NCBI GenBank assembly: GCA_036172245.1
Contig: JAYWIR010000100.1
Coordinates: 1-64,000 of the forward strand
DNA length: 64,000 bases
Source: Raillietiella orientalis
Lineage: Eukaryota
Reading direction: 5' to 3'
Shown here piece by piece: positions 38,900-53,000 of this stretch. The notes under the pieces were generated by a model. It had not been told where the DNA came from and made no database searches. It saw only the letters and a list, made by a program, of their open reading frames with translations. The position numbers were made by a program, and so were the translations under genes. Numbering within the stretch: position 1 is the stretch's first letter; each line of letters starts with the position of its first letter.

Positions 38900-41800
38900 G
38901 AATAAAATTCCAAACTATTTATGCTTTTACAAGCAAGCAAGAGACCACATTCTGCAACGCAATTGTTCTCAATTCACAATTTTTCAAAGCAAATGTATGC
39001 AGTATGTAGATGTATACTCTATTTAGCGACACGCATTTCGATAAGCTTTAAACAAAAAACCAAGCCTACTAAAGATGTGAATTTAATCGAATGAAAAAAT
39101 TCCGCCCAGAATCATGAACAATATGGAGCAAGAGGAATAGTTTTCCTCCGTTCGCAGCATTGCTCCCTGCTTTGATCATCTTGAACTGGATCCGTTATGA
39201 AGTGCTGAGGTGCCTACGTGAAGAAACAGAAGATGTCACTTCTAAGAATTCCAACCTTGCAAATACAATTTAGATTAGAGGTTACAGCAGTATGTAATTG
39301 GCACAAGCGTCGCGTTGAGCTTAGTGCACCAGTTCCACATTTCGTTTCGATGTCAATTCGGCAATCAAAGCATCGCAATGGTGTTGCTTTCTATAATGTT
39401 TTCCCAAATGGTGTCGAGATTTTTATTGGAAAGCTCTGCATCATGCTTTTCATCCATAACAGAAATTGCTTTTCCTTGCACACCACTAAACGTACAATTG
39501 GAAATAGCATCATGTATGCATTTGCAAACCTGTTGTTTTGTGCTTCTCTTAGCACTCCTGAACCTAACAAACTCCTTATATTGTAGTTGTCATTAGTGAT
39601 CAGAAGTTGAAATGTTAAAATGCTTGGAAGTGTTTGCAAATAACTCGACGTATTCTTCCATCCTTGATGCCGATTGAGGTTATATTCCAGTGAATATTGT
39701 TTACAGCTTTTTTTTATGAGAACAGCAGCAGAAACGAAGCGCGTATATCGTCTTACGTCCCCTCCGCAATCCCCAATTCAAGCAGTTGACACGATATTCC
39801 ATTGTGTTACCAAATCTCTGGCTTCCACTTACCTTTCTTTTCTTTTGTCGTCATCATCACTTTCCTTGTACGCGAATAATACCGAAAAGTGCTTGTGCAA
39901 TGTCAAACATATTTCGAAGAACACGCCAAAATATCTTCCGTTACCGAAATACGATTTATCTCAATGATTCGTCTTTGGTGTGCAACACTGGTTTCCTTGA
40001 GAATGAAGAAAATTCAAAACTTTTCATGCTTTTCAATGCAATCAAGAGACCACATTCTACAACGCTATTGTTCTAGATTTACAATTTCACAAAGCAAAAG
40101 TACGCAGTATGCAGATGGAAGCCCTTTTGAGCAACACGCATTTCGACGGACCTGCAAGAAAAAACAAAGATGACTCAAGATGTCACTTTCCTCGAATGAA
40201 GAAATTCCGCGCACAATTCACCAACAATATGGAGGAAGAGTAATGGCCCTCAACTGTTTCCAGCATTGCTCCCTGCTTTGATCACCTTGAACAGAATCCG
40301 TTGTGAAGTGCTGAGATGCCTCCGTGAGTAGACATAAGAGGTCTCTTCTAAGAATCCCAACCATTCTATTACAATTTAGCTAAGAGGTTTCAGCAGTATG
40401 CAATTGTCACAATCGTCTCGTTGAGGTGAGTGCACCAGTTGCACACTTCGTTTCGATGTCAAGTCTGCACCCGCAGCATCGCCAATTGTGGTCCCTTGTA
40501 TAATCCGTTTCTTGAATAATATCGGGATTTTTTTTTGTAATGCTCTGCTTCATGCCTTTCATCCAAAACAGAAATTCCTTTCCTCTGCACACCACTAAAC
40601 GTACAATTTTAAATAGCATCATCCATTGATTCCCAAACCAGTTGTTTTGTCCTTCTCTGAGCATTCGTGAACCTAACAAACTCCGTATATCGCAGTTGTC
40701 ACATGTGACCCGAAGTTGAAATATTAAAATGCTTGCAAGTGATTGCAAATAACCCGACGGATTCTTCCATCGTTGATGCCGATTGAGGTTATATTCCAGT
40801 GAGTATTGTGTACAGTTTTTTTAATGAGAACTACAAAAGATACGAAGCCCCTACATTCTCATTTCGATTGGTCAGACGCACCCACTCGAACTTTTGACGT
40901 GTTATTCCAGTGTTTAGAAATCTCTGGTTTCCACTTTCCTCTCTTTCCGATTGTCGGCATACTCGATTTTCTTGTAAATGATATATACCCGGAAGCCTTT
41001 CCGCGATGGAAACATATTTTCAAAAACACATGAAAAATATCTTCCGTTTTCGAAATACGATGAATCTCAAGGATTCTCCTCTGGTGTTAAACATTGGTTT
41101 CCTTGACAATGAATAAAATTCCAAACTATTTATGCTTTTACAAGCAAGCAAGAGACCACATTCTGCAACGCAATTGTTCTCAATTCACAATTTTTAAAAG
41201 CAAATGTATGCAGTATGTAGATGTACACTCTATTTAGCGACACGCATTTCGATAAGCTTTAAACAAAAAGCAAGTCTACTAAAGATGTGAATTTCCTCGA
41301 ATGAAAAAATTCCGCCCAGAATCATGAACAATATGGAGCAAGAGGAATAGTTTTCCTCTGTTTGCAGCATTGCTCCCTGCTTTGATCATCTTGAACTGGA
41401 TCCGTTATGAAGTGCTGAGGTGCCTACGTGAAGAGACAGAAGATGTCACTTCTAAGAATTCCAACCTTGCTACTACAATTTAGACTAGAGGTTACAGCAG
41501 TATGTAATTGTCACAAGCGTCGCGTTGAGGTGAGTGCACCAGTTGCACACTTCGTTTCGATGTCAAGTCAACACCCACAGCATCGCCAATTGTGGTCCCT
41601 TCCATAATGCGTTTCTTAAATAATAAACAGATTTTTTCTGTAATGCTCTCTTTCATGCCTTTCATCCAAAACCGAAATTACTTAACTTGTCACACCACTA
41701 AACTTACAATTAGAAATAGATTCATCTATAGATTTCGAAACCTGTTGTTTTTTCCTTCTCTCGGCATTCCTGAACCTAACAATCTCCGTATATCGCTGTT

Positions 41801-44800
41801 GTCATTTGTGACCCGAAGTTGAAATGTTAAAATGCTTGCAAGTGCTCGCAAATAACTCGACGGAGCCTTCCATCGTTGATGCCGATTGAGGTTAAATTCC
41901 AGTGAGTATTGTGTACAGGTTTTTGTATGAGAACAGCAAAAGATACGAAGCCCCTATATTCTCATTTCGCATGGTTATACGCACATACTCGAACTTTTGA
42001 CATGTTACTCCAGTGTTTAGAAATCTCTGGATTCCACTTTCCTCTCTTTTCCATTGTCGGCATGCGCGATATTCTTGTAAATGAATTATACCCGGAAGCC
42101 CTTCCGCGGTGCGAACATATTTTCAAAAACACATGAAAATTATCTTCCGTTTCCGAGATACGATGAATCTCAAGGATTCTCTTTTGGTGTGCAAGATTGG
42201 TTTCCTTGACAATGAATAAAATTCCAAACTATTCATGGTTTTACAAGCAAGCAAGAGACCACATTCTGCAACGCAATTGTACTCAATTCACAATTTTACA
42301 AAGCAAATGTATGCAGTATGTAGAAGTACACTCTTTTTAGCGACCTGCATTTCGATAATCCTCCAGCAAAAAACCAAGCCTACTAAAGATGTTAATTTCC
42401 TCGAATGAAAAAATTCCGCCCAGGATCATGAACAATATGGAGCAAGAGCAATAGTTTTCCTCTGTTTGCAGCATTGCTCCCTGCTTTGATCATCTTGAAC
42501 TGGACCCGTTATGAAGTGCTGAGGTGCCTACGTGAGTGGATATAAGAGGTCTCTTCTAAGGATCCCAACCTTTCTATAACTAATCAGCTTAGAGGTTTCA
42601 GCAGTATGCAACTGTCACAATCGTCTCGTTGAGGTGAGTGCACCAGTTGCACACTTCGTTTCGATGTCAAGTCGGCACCCACAGCATCGCCAATTGTGGT
42701 CCCTTCCATAATGCGTTTCCTAAATAATATCGGGATTTTTACTGTAATGCTCTGTTTCATGCCTTTCATCTAAAACAGAAATTACTTTCCTTTGCACACC
42801 ACTAAACACACAATTAGAAATAGAATCATCTATTGATTTCGAAACCTGTTGTTTTTTCCTTCTCTGAGCATTCCTGAACCTAACAAACTCAGTATATCGC
42901 TGTTGTCATATGTGACCCGAAGTTGAAATGTTAAAATGCTTGCAAGTGTTTGCAAATAACTCGACGGATTCTTCCATCGTTGATGCCGATTGAGGTTATA
43001 TTCCAGTGAGTATTGTGTACAGTTTTTTGAATGACAACAGCAAATGAAACGAAGCCCCTATATTCTCATTGCGCTATGTCAGACGCACCCAATAGAACTT
43101 TTCACATGTTATTCCAGTGTTTAGAAATCTCCGGTTACCACTTTCCTCTCATTTCGATTCTCGGCATACGCGATTTTCTTGTAAATAAATTATACCCGGA
43201 AGCCCTTCCGCGGTGCGAACATATTTTCAAAATCACATGAAAAATATCTTCCGTTTCCGAAATACGGTTAATCTCAAGGATTCTCCTTTGGTGTGCAACA
43301 TTGGTTTCCTTGACAATGAATAAAATACCAAACTATTTATGCTTTTACAAGCAAGTGAGAGACCACATTCTGCAACGCAATTGTTCTCAATTCACAATTT
43401 TACAAAGCAAATGCATGTAGTATGTAGATGTATACTCTTTTAAGCGACACCCATTTCGATAAGCCTACAACAAAATACCAAGCCTACTAACGATGTGAAT
43501 TTCCTCGAATGAAAAAATTCCGCCCAGAAGTGATTAATAATATGGAGTAAGAGGAATAGTTTTCCGCTGTTTGCAGCATTGCTTCCTGCTTTGATCATCT
43601 TGTACTGGATTCGTTATGAAGTGCTGAGGTGCCTACATGAAGAGACAGAAGATGTCACTTCTAAGAATTCCAACCTTGCGACTACAATTTGGATTAGAGG
43701 TTACAGCAGTATGTAATTGTCACAAGCGTCGCGTTGAGGTTTGTGCACCAGTTCCACACTTCGTTTCGATGTCAAGTCAACACCCACAGCATCGCCAATT
43801 GTGGTCCCTTCGATAATGCGTTTTTTGAATAATATCGGGATTTTTTCTGTAATGCTCTGTTTCATGCCTTTCATCCAAAACAGAAATTACTTAACATGGC
43901 ACACCACTAAACGTACAATTAGAAATAGAATCATCTATTGATTTCGAAACCTGTTGTTTTTTCCTTCTCTCCGCATTCCTGAACCTAACAATCTCCGTAT
44001 ATCGCTGTTGTCATTTGTGACCCGAAGTTGAAATGTTAAAATGCTTGCAAGTGTTTGCAAATAGCTCGACGGATTCCTCCTTCGTTGATGCCGATTGAGG
44101 TTATATTCCAGTGAGTATTGTGTAAAATTTTTTGAATGAGAACAGCAAAAGATAAAAAGCCCCTATATTCATTTATCGCTTGATCAGACACACCCACTCG
44201 AAGTTTTGACATGTTACTCCAGTGTTTAGAAATCTCTGGTTTCCACTTTCCTCTGTTTTCCATTGTCGGCATACGCGATTTTCTTGTAATTGAATTATAC
44301 CCGGAAGCCTTTCCGCGGTGCGAACATATTTTCAAAAACACATGAAAATTATCTTCCGTTTCCGAAATTCGATCAATCTCAAGGATTCTCCTTTGGTGTG
44401 CAACATTGGTTTCCTTGACAATGAATAAAATTCCCAACTATTTATGCTTTTACAAGCAAGCAAGAGACCACATTCTGCAACGCAATTGTTCTCAATTCAC
44501 AATTTTTCAAAGCAAATGTATGCAGTATGTAGATGTATACTCTATTTAGCGACACGCATTTCGATAAGCTTTAAACAAAAAACCAAGCCTACTAAAGATG
44601 TGAATTTAATCGAATGAAAAAATTCCGCCCAGAATCATGAACAATATGGAGCAAGAGGAATAGTTTTCCTCTGTTTGCAGCATTGCTCTCTGCTTTGATC
44701 ATCTTGAACTGGATCCGTTATGAAGTGCTGAGGTGCCTACGTGAAGAGACAGAAGATGTCACTTCTAAGAATTCCAACCTTGCTACTACAATTTAGATTA

Positions 44801-47800
44801 GAGTTTACACCAGTATGTAATTGGCACAAGCGTCGCGTTGAGCTTAGTGCACCAGTTCCACATTTCGTTTCGATGTCAATTCGGCAATCAAAGCATCGCC
44901 AATGGTGTTGCTTTCTATAATGTTTTCACAAATGGTGTCGAGATTTTTATTGGAAAGCTCTGCATCATGCTTTTCATCCATAACAGAAATTGCTTTTCCT
45001 TGCACACCACTAAACGAACAGTTTGATTTGCATCATCTATGCATTTGCAAACCTGTTGTTTTGTGCTTCTCTAAGCACTCCTGAACCTAACAAACTCCTT
45101 ATATTGTAGTTGTCATTAGTGATCAGAAGTTGAAATGTTAAAATGCTTGGAAGTGTTTGCAAATAACTCGACGTATTCTTCCATCCTTGATGCCGATTGA
45201 GGTTATATTCCAGTGAATATTGTTTACAGCTTTTTTTTATGAGAACAGCAGCAGAAACGAAGCGCGTATATCGTCTTACGTCCCCTCCGCAATCCCCAAT
45301 TCAAGCAGTTGACACGATATTCCATTGTGTTACCAAATCTCTGGCTTCCACTTACCTTTCTTTACTTTTGTCGTCATCATCACTTTCCTTGTACGCAAAT
45401 AATACCGAAAAGTGCTTGTGCAATGTCAAACATATTTCGAGGAACACGCCAAAATATCTTCCGTTACCGAAATACGATTTATCTCAATGATTCGTCTTTG
45501 GTGTGCAACACTGGTTTCCTTGAGAATGAAGAAAATTCAAAACTTTTCATGCTTTTCAATGCAATCAAGAGACCACATTCTACAACGCTATTGTTCTAGA
45601 TTTACAATTTCACAAAGCAAAAGTACGCAGTATGCAGATGGAAGCCCTTTTGAGCAACACGCATTTCGACGGACCTGCAAGAAAAAACAAAGATGACTCA
45701 AGATTTCACTTTCCTCGAATGAAGAAATTCCGCGCACAATTCACCAACAATATGGAGGAAGAGTAATGGCCCTCCACTGTTTCCAGCATTGCTCCCTGCT
45801 TTGATCACCTTGAACAGAATCCGTTGTGAAGTGCTGAGATGCCTCCGTGAGTAGACATAAGAGGTCTCTTCTAAGAATCCCAACCATTCTATTACAATTT
45901 AGCTTAGAGGTTTCAGCAGTATGCAATTGTCACAATCGTCTCGTTGAGGTCAGTGCACCAGTTGCACACTGCGTTTCGATGTCAAGTCGGCACCCGCAGC
46001 ATCGCCAATTGTGGTCCCTTCTATAATCCGTTTCTTGAATAATATCCGGATTTTTTTTTGTAATGCTCTGCTTCATGCCTTTCATCCAAAACAGAAATTC
46101 CTTTCCTCTGCACACCACTAAACGTACAATTGGAAATAGCATCATCTATTGATTCCCAAACCAGTTGTTTTGTCCTTCTCTGAGCATTCGTGAACCTAAC
46201 AAACTCCGTATAGCGCAGTTGTCACATGTGACCCGAAGTTGAAATATTAAAATGCTTGCAAGTGATTGCAAATAACTCGAAGGATTCTTCCATCGTTGAT
46301 GCCGATTGAGGTTATATTCCAGTGAGTATTGTGTACAGTTTTTTGAATGAGAACTACAAAAGATACGAAGCCCCTACATTCTCATTTCGATTGGTCAGAC
46401 GCACCCACTCGAACTTTTGACGTGTTATTCCAGTGTTTAGAAATCTCTGGTTTCCACTTTCCTCTCTTTCCGATTGTCGGCATACGCGATTTTCTTGTAA
46501 ATGATATATACCCGGAAGCCTTTCCGCGATGGAAACATATTTTCAAAAACACATGAAAAATATCTTCCGTTTTCGAAATACGATGAATCTCAAGGATTCT
46601 CCTCTGGTGTGAAACATTGGTTTCCTTGACAATGAATAAAATTCCAAACTATTCGTGGTTTTACAAGCAAGCAAGAGACCACATTCTGCAACGCAATTGT
46701 TCTCAATTCACAATTTTACAAAGCAAATGTATGCAGTATGCAGATGGATACTCTTTTGAGCAACACGCATTTCGATGAGCTTGCAACAAAAAACAAAGCC
46801 GAATAAAGATGTCAATTTCCTCGAATGTACAAATTGCGCGCACAATTCACGAACAATATGGAGGAAGAGGAATAGTTTTCCTCTGTTTGCAGCATTGCTC
46901 CCTGCTTTGATCTTCTTGTACTGGATCCGTTATGAAGTGCTGAGGTGCCTACGTGAAGAGACAGAAGATGTCCCTTGTCAGAATTCCAACCTTGCGACTA
47001 CAATTTGGATTAGAGGTTACAGCAGTATGTAATTGTCACAAGCGTCACGTTGAGGTTAGTGCACCAGTTGCACACTTCGTTTCGATGTCAAGTCAACACC
47101 CACAGCATCGCCAATTGTGGTCCCTTCCATAATGCGTTTCTTAAATAATAAACAAATTTTTTCTGTAATGCTCTCTTTCATGCCTTTCATCCAAAACCGA
47201 AATTACTTAACTTGTCACACCACTAAACTTACAATTAGAAATAGATTCATCTATAGATTTCGAAACCTGATGTTTTTTCCTTCTCTCGGCATTCCTGAAC
47301 CTAACAATCTCCGTATATCGCTGTTGTCATTTGTGACCCGAAGTTGAAATGTTAAAATGCTTGCAAGTGCTCGCAAATAACTCGACGGAGCCTTCCATCG
47401 TTGATGCCGATTGAGGTTATATTCCAGTGAGTATTGTGTACAGGTTTTTGTATGAGAACAGCAAAAGATACGAAGCCCCTATATTCTCATTTCGCATGGT
47501 TAGACGCACATACTCGAACTTTTGACATGTTACTCCAGTGTTTAGAAATCTCTGGTTTCCACTTTCCTCTCTTTTCCATTGACGGCATGCGCGATATTCT
47601 TGTAAATGAATTATACCCGGAAGCCCTTCCGCGGTGCGAACATATTTTCAAAATCACATGAAAATTATCTTCCGTTTCCAAGATACGATGAATCTCAAGG
47701 ATTCTCTTTTGGTGTGCTACATTGGTTTCCTTGACAATGAATAAAATTCCAAACTATTCATGGTTTTACAAGCAAGCAAGAGACCACATTCTGCAACGCA

Positions 47801-50013
47801 ATTGTACTCAATTCACAATTTTACAAAGCAAATGTATGCAGTATGTAGAAGTACACTCTTTTTAGCGACCTGCATTTCGATAATCCTCCAGCAAAAAACC
47901 AAGCCTACTAAAGATGTTAATTTCCTCGAATGAAAAAATTCCGCCCAGAATCATGAACAATATGGAGCAAGAGCAATAGTTTTCCTCTGTTTGCAGCATT
48001 GCTCCCTGCTTTGATCATCTTGAACTGGACCCGTTATGAAGTGCTGAGGTGCCTACGTGAGTGGATATAAGAGGTCTCTTCTAAGGATCCCAACCTTTCT
48101 ATAACAAATCAGCTTAGAGGTTTCAGCAGTATGCAATTGTCACAATCGTCTCGTTGAGGTGAGTGCACCAGTTGCACACTTCGTTTCGATGTCAAGTCGG
48201 CACCCACAGCATCGCCAATTGTGGTCCCTTCCATAATGCGTTTCCTAAATAATATCGGGATTTTTTCTGTAATGCTCTGTTTCATGACTTTCATCCAAAA
48301 CAGAAATTACTTAACATGGCACACCAATAAACGTACAATTAGAAATAGAATCATCTATTGATTTCGAAACCTGTTGTTTTTTCCTTCTCTCCGCATTCCT
48401 GAACCTAACAATCTCCGTATATCGCTGTTGTCATTTGTGACCCGAAGTCGAAATGTTAAAATGCTTGCACGTGTTTGCAAATAGCTCGACGGATTCCTCC
48501 TTCGTTGATGCCGATTGAGGTTATATTCCAGTGAGTATTGTGTAAAATTTTTTGAATGAGAACAGCAAAAGATAAAAAGCCCCTATATTCATTTATCGCT
48601 TGATCAGACACACCCACTCGAAGTTTTGACATGTTACTCCAGTGTTTAGAAATCTCTGGTTTCCACTTTCCTCTGTTTTCCATTGTCGGCATACGCGATT
48701 TTCTTGTAATTGAATTATACCCGGAAGCCCTTCCGCGGTGCGAACATATTTTCAAAAACACATGAAAATTATCTTCCGTTTCCGAAATTCGATCAATCTC
48801 AAGGATTCTCCTTTGGTGTGCAACATTGGTTTCCTTGACAATGAATAAAATACCTAACTATTTATGCTTTTACAAGCAAGCAAGAGACCACATTCTGCAA
48901 CGCAATTGTTCTCAATTCACAATTTTACAAAGCAAATGCATGTAGTATGTAGATGTATACTCTTTTAAGCGACACCCATTTCGATAAGCCTACAACAAAA
49001 TACCAAGCCTACTAAGGATGTGAATTTCCTCGAATGAAAAAATTCCGCCCAGAAGTGATTAATAATATGGTGTAAGAGGAATAGTTTTCCGCTGTTTTCA
49101 GCATTGCCTCCTGCTTTGATAATCTTGTACTGGATCCGTTATGAAGTGCTGAGGTGCCTACATGAAGAGACAGAAGATGTCACTTCTAAGAATTCCAACC
49201 TTGCGACTACAATTTGGATTAGAGGTTACAGCAGTATGTAATTGTCACAAGCGTCGCGTTGAGGTTTGTGCACCAGTTCCACACTTCGTTTCGATGTCAA
49301 GTCAACACCCACAGCATCGCCAATTGTGGTCCCTTCGATAATGCGTTTTTTGAATAATATCGGGATTTTTTCTGTAATGCTCTGTTTCATGCCTTTCATC
49401 CAAAACAGAAATTACTTAACATGGCACACCAATAAACGTACAATTAAAAATAGAACCATCTATTGATTTCGAAACCTGTTGTTTATTCCTTCTCTCCGCA
49501 TTCCTGAACCTAACAATCTCCGTATATCGCTGTTGTCATTTGTGACCCGAAGTTGAAATGTTAAAATGCTTGCAAGTGTTTGCAAATAGCTCGACGGATT
49601 CCTCCTTCGTTGATGCCGATTGAGGTTATATTCCAGTGAGTATTGTGTAAAATGTTTTGAATGAGAACAGCAAAAGATAAAAAGCCCCTATATTCATTTA
49701 TCGCTTGATCAGACACACCCACTCGAAGTTTTGACATGTTACTCCAGTGTTTAGAAATCTCTGGTTTCCACTTTCCTCTGTTTTCCATTGTCGGCATACG
49801 CGATTTTCTTGTAATTGAATTATACTCGGAAGCCCTTCCGCGGTGCGAACATATTTTCAAAAACACATGAAAATTATCTTCCGTTTCCGAAATTCGATCA
49901 ATCTCAAGGATTCTCCTTTGGTGTGCAACATTGGTTTCCTTGACAATGAATAAAATACCAAACTATTTATGCTTTTACAAGCAAGCAAGTGACCATTCTT
50001 CAACGCAATCGTT
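38900..50013. repeat. 5-mer higher-order repeat, period 5523-5525 bp (~2 copies), more diverged monomers
   Basis: Marker pairs 39674/45197, 41592/47117, 41909/47434, 42584/48109, 43741/49266 and 44036/49561. Boundaries are approximate. Confidence 0.9.
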
Positions 50014-53000
50014 AAAAGTCCAAAGTGTCACGCCCTAATGAAATTTCGAACTGTTCTTAACCACTCTCTGAAAACAGGAAATTGCATGGCCTACAGGCTC
50101 TATATGACGGGAAGAAGAATAAGATTATAAGTATAAGATTCCTCTTCTAGGTACTCTGTGTTGTTTTTATGGTAATCAGAGACCAAAGTGCCATGCCCTG
50201 ATGAAATTTCGAACTCTTCATAATCATGCTCTTAAACCAGGAAATTATTAGGCCTTCAGGCTTTCCATGCCGGGAATTTGCCACTCACTGCAAATGGATG
50301 TTTAGTGAAGAGGAGCAAAAGTGCAATGGTAAAATCCCCTGTTTTCCAATTGATTACAAAGCCTAAAAGGTTGCAAGTTTTAACCACATCTTGAATCAGA
50401 GCGAAGGAACAGATTCTTTTTCTAGGTACGACACTGGTTACCATGAAAACAACACAGAGACCAAAGTGCCACGCCCTAACGTAATTTCGAACACTTCTTA
50501 GTCATTCTCTGAAATCAGGAAATTGGAAGGTTTTGAGCCTCTCCATGACGGTAATTTGCCACTCACTGCAAATGCATGCTTAGCGAAAAGCAGCAAAAGT
50601 GCAATAGTAAAATCCCCTGATTTCCGATTGATTACAAAGCCTGAAAGGTTGCAAATTTTTACCACATCTTGAATCAGAGCGAAGTTTAAGATTTTTCTTC
50701 TAGGTACGACACTGCTTACCATGAAAACAACACAGAGAACAAAGTGCTACGCCCTAACCTAATTTCCAACTCTTCTTAGTCATCCTCTGAAATCAGGAAA
50801 TTAGAAGGTTGTGCGCCTCTCCATGACGGGAATTTTGCACTCACTGCAAATGTATGCTTAGTGAAGAGGTGCAAATCTGCAATGAAGAAATCCCCGAATT
50901 TCGAATTGATTACAAAGCCTGTAAGGTAGCAAATTTCTACCACATCATGAATCAGAGCGAAGTATAAGATTCCTCTTCTAGGTACGACACAGCTTACCAT
51001 GAAATTAATACAGACTCCAAAGTTCCACGGCCTAATGAAATTACGGACTCTTCGTAATCATCCTCTGAAATCGGGAAATTGGTAGGCCTTGAGCCTCTCC
51101 ATGACGGGAATTTGCCACTCACTGCAAATAGATGCTTAGTGAAAAGGCGGAAAAGTGCTATAGTAAAATCCCCTGATTTCCAGTTGGTTACAAATCCTGA
51201 AAGGTTCCAAATTTTTACCACATACTGATTTAGAGGGAAGGAAAAAATTCCTCTTCTAGGTACGACATCGGTTACTATGCAATCAACACAGAGACCAAAG
51301 TGTCACTCCCTAACCTAATTTCGAACTCTTCTTAGTCATCCTCTGAAAACAGGAAATTGGAAGGCCGTGAGCCTCAACATGATGGGAATTTGCCACTCAT
51401 TGCAAATAGATGCTTCGTGAAGAGGAGCAAAAATGCAATGGTGAAATCCCCTGATTTTCGATTGATTCCAAAACTTGAAAAGTTGCAAATTTCTACGACA
51501 TCATGAATCAGAGCGTACGAAAAGATTCCCGTTCTAGGTACGACAGTGGTTACTATGGAAACAACAGAGAGACCGAAGTGCCACGCCCTAATGAAATTTC
51601 GAACTCTTCGTAATCATCCTCTGAAATCAGGAAATTGGAAGGCCTTGAGCCTCTCCATGACGGGAATTTACCACTCACTGCAAATAGATGCTTAGTGAAA
51701 AGGCGGAAAAGTGCTATAGTAAAATCCCCTGATTTCCAATTGGTTACAAACCCTGAAAGGTTCCAAATTTTTACCACATACTGATTTAGAGGGAAGGAAA
51801 AAATTCCTCTTCTAGGTACGACATCGGTTACTATGAAATCAACACAGAGACCAAAGTGTCACTCCCTAACCTAATTTCGAACTCTTCTTAGTCATCCTCT
51901 GAAAACAGGAAATTGGAAGGCCGTGAGCCTCAACATAATGGGAATTTGCCACTCACTGCAAATGGACGCTTAGTGAAAAGGCGCTAAAGTGCAATAGTAA
52001 AATCTCCTAATTTCTAAATGATTACATAGCCTGAGAGGTTGCAAATGTTTACCAAATCATGAATCAGAGCGAAGGAAAAGATTCCTTTTCTAGGTACGAC
52101 ACTGCTTTCCATGAAAACAACACAGAGACCAAAGTGCCAAGCCCTACCTTAATTTCGCAATCTTCTTAATCATTCTCTGAAAGCAGAAAATTGTAAGGGC
52201 TTGAGCCTCTTCATGACGGGAATTTGGCACTCACTGCAAATAGATGCTTCGTGAAGAGGAGCAAAACTGCAATGGCGAAATCCCCTGATTTCCCATTGAT
52301 TACAAAGCCTGAAAGGTTGCAAATTTCTACAACATCATGAATCAGAGCGTACGAAAAATTGCTTTTCTAGGTACGAGAGTGGTTACTCTGGAAACAACAG
52401 AGAGACCGAAGTGCCACGCCCTAATGAAACTTCGAACTCTTCGTAATCATCCTCTGAAATCAGGAAATTGGAAGGCCTTGAGCGTCTCCATGACGGGAAT
52501 GTGCCACTCACTGCAAATGGATGCTTAGTGAAAAAACGCAAAACTGCAATAGAATAAACCCCTGATTTCGAATTGATTACAAAGCCTGAAAAGTTGCACA
52601 TTTCTACCACATCATGAATCGGAGCGAAGTATAAGATTCCTCTTCTAGGTACGACACTGCTTACCATGAAAACAACACAGAGACCAAAGTGCCACGCTCT
52701 AACCTAATTTTGAACTCTTCTTAGTCATCCTCTGAAATCAGAAAATTGGAAGGCCTTGAGCCTCTCCATGACTCGAATATGCCACTCACTTCAAATAGAT
52801 GCTTCGTGAAGAGGAGCAAAACTGCAATGGTGAAATCCCCTGATTTCGGGTTGATTACAAAACTTGAAATGTTGCAAATTTCTACGACATCATGAATCAG
52901 AGCGAAGTATAAGATTCCTCTTCTAGGTACTCTGTGTTGTTTTTATGGTAATGAGAGTCGAAAGTGCCATGCCCTGATGAAATTTCGAACTGTTTATAAT

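Larger units (their letters stand above)
2327..50013. repeat. Tandem satellite array, ~1102-1107-bp monomer, ~43 copies, several subfamilies
   Basis: The anchor aaaaacacatgaaaaatatcttccg or its variant recurs at 2327, 3433, 4539, 5645, ~6750, 7853, 8955, ~10060, 11164, 12271 and onward to ~49859, all in the same orientation. Confidence 0.98.

Noticed and set aside
42584..42769. GTTIGDAVGA in a minus-strand satellite frame, resembling the ADP-ribosylglycohydrolase G..xGDAxG motif
   Set aside because: The following conserved Glu and the downstream TDD motif are missing. The frame is broken by a stop and shifts at a variable T-run among copies.
2327..50013. Tandem transposon (LTR, MITE or Helitron) origin of the 1.1-kb unit
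   Set aside because: I saw no terminal inverted repeats, LTR ends, target-site duplications or transposase/RT remnants, and the internal ~277-bp periodicity explains the unit better.
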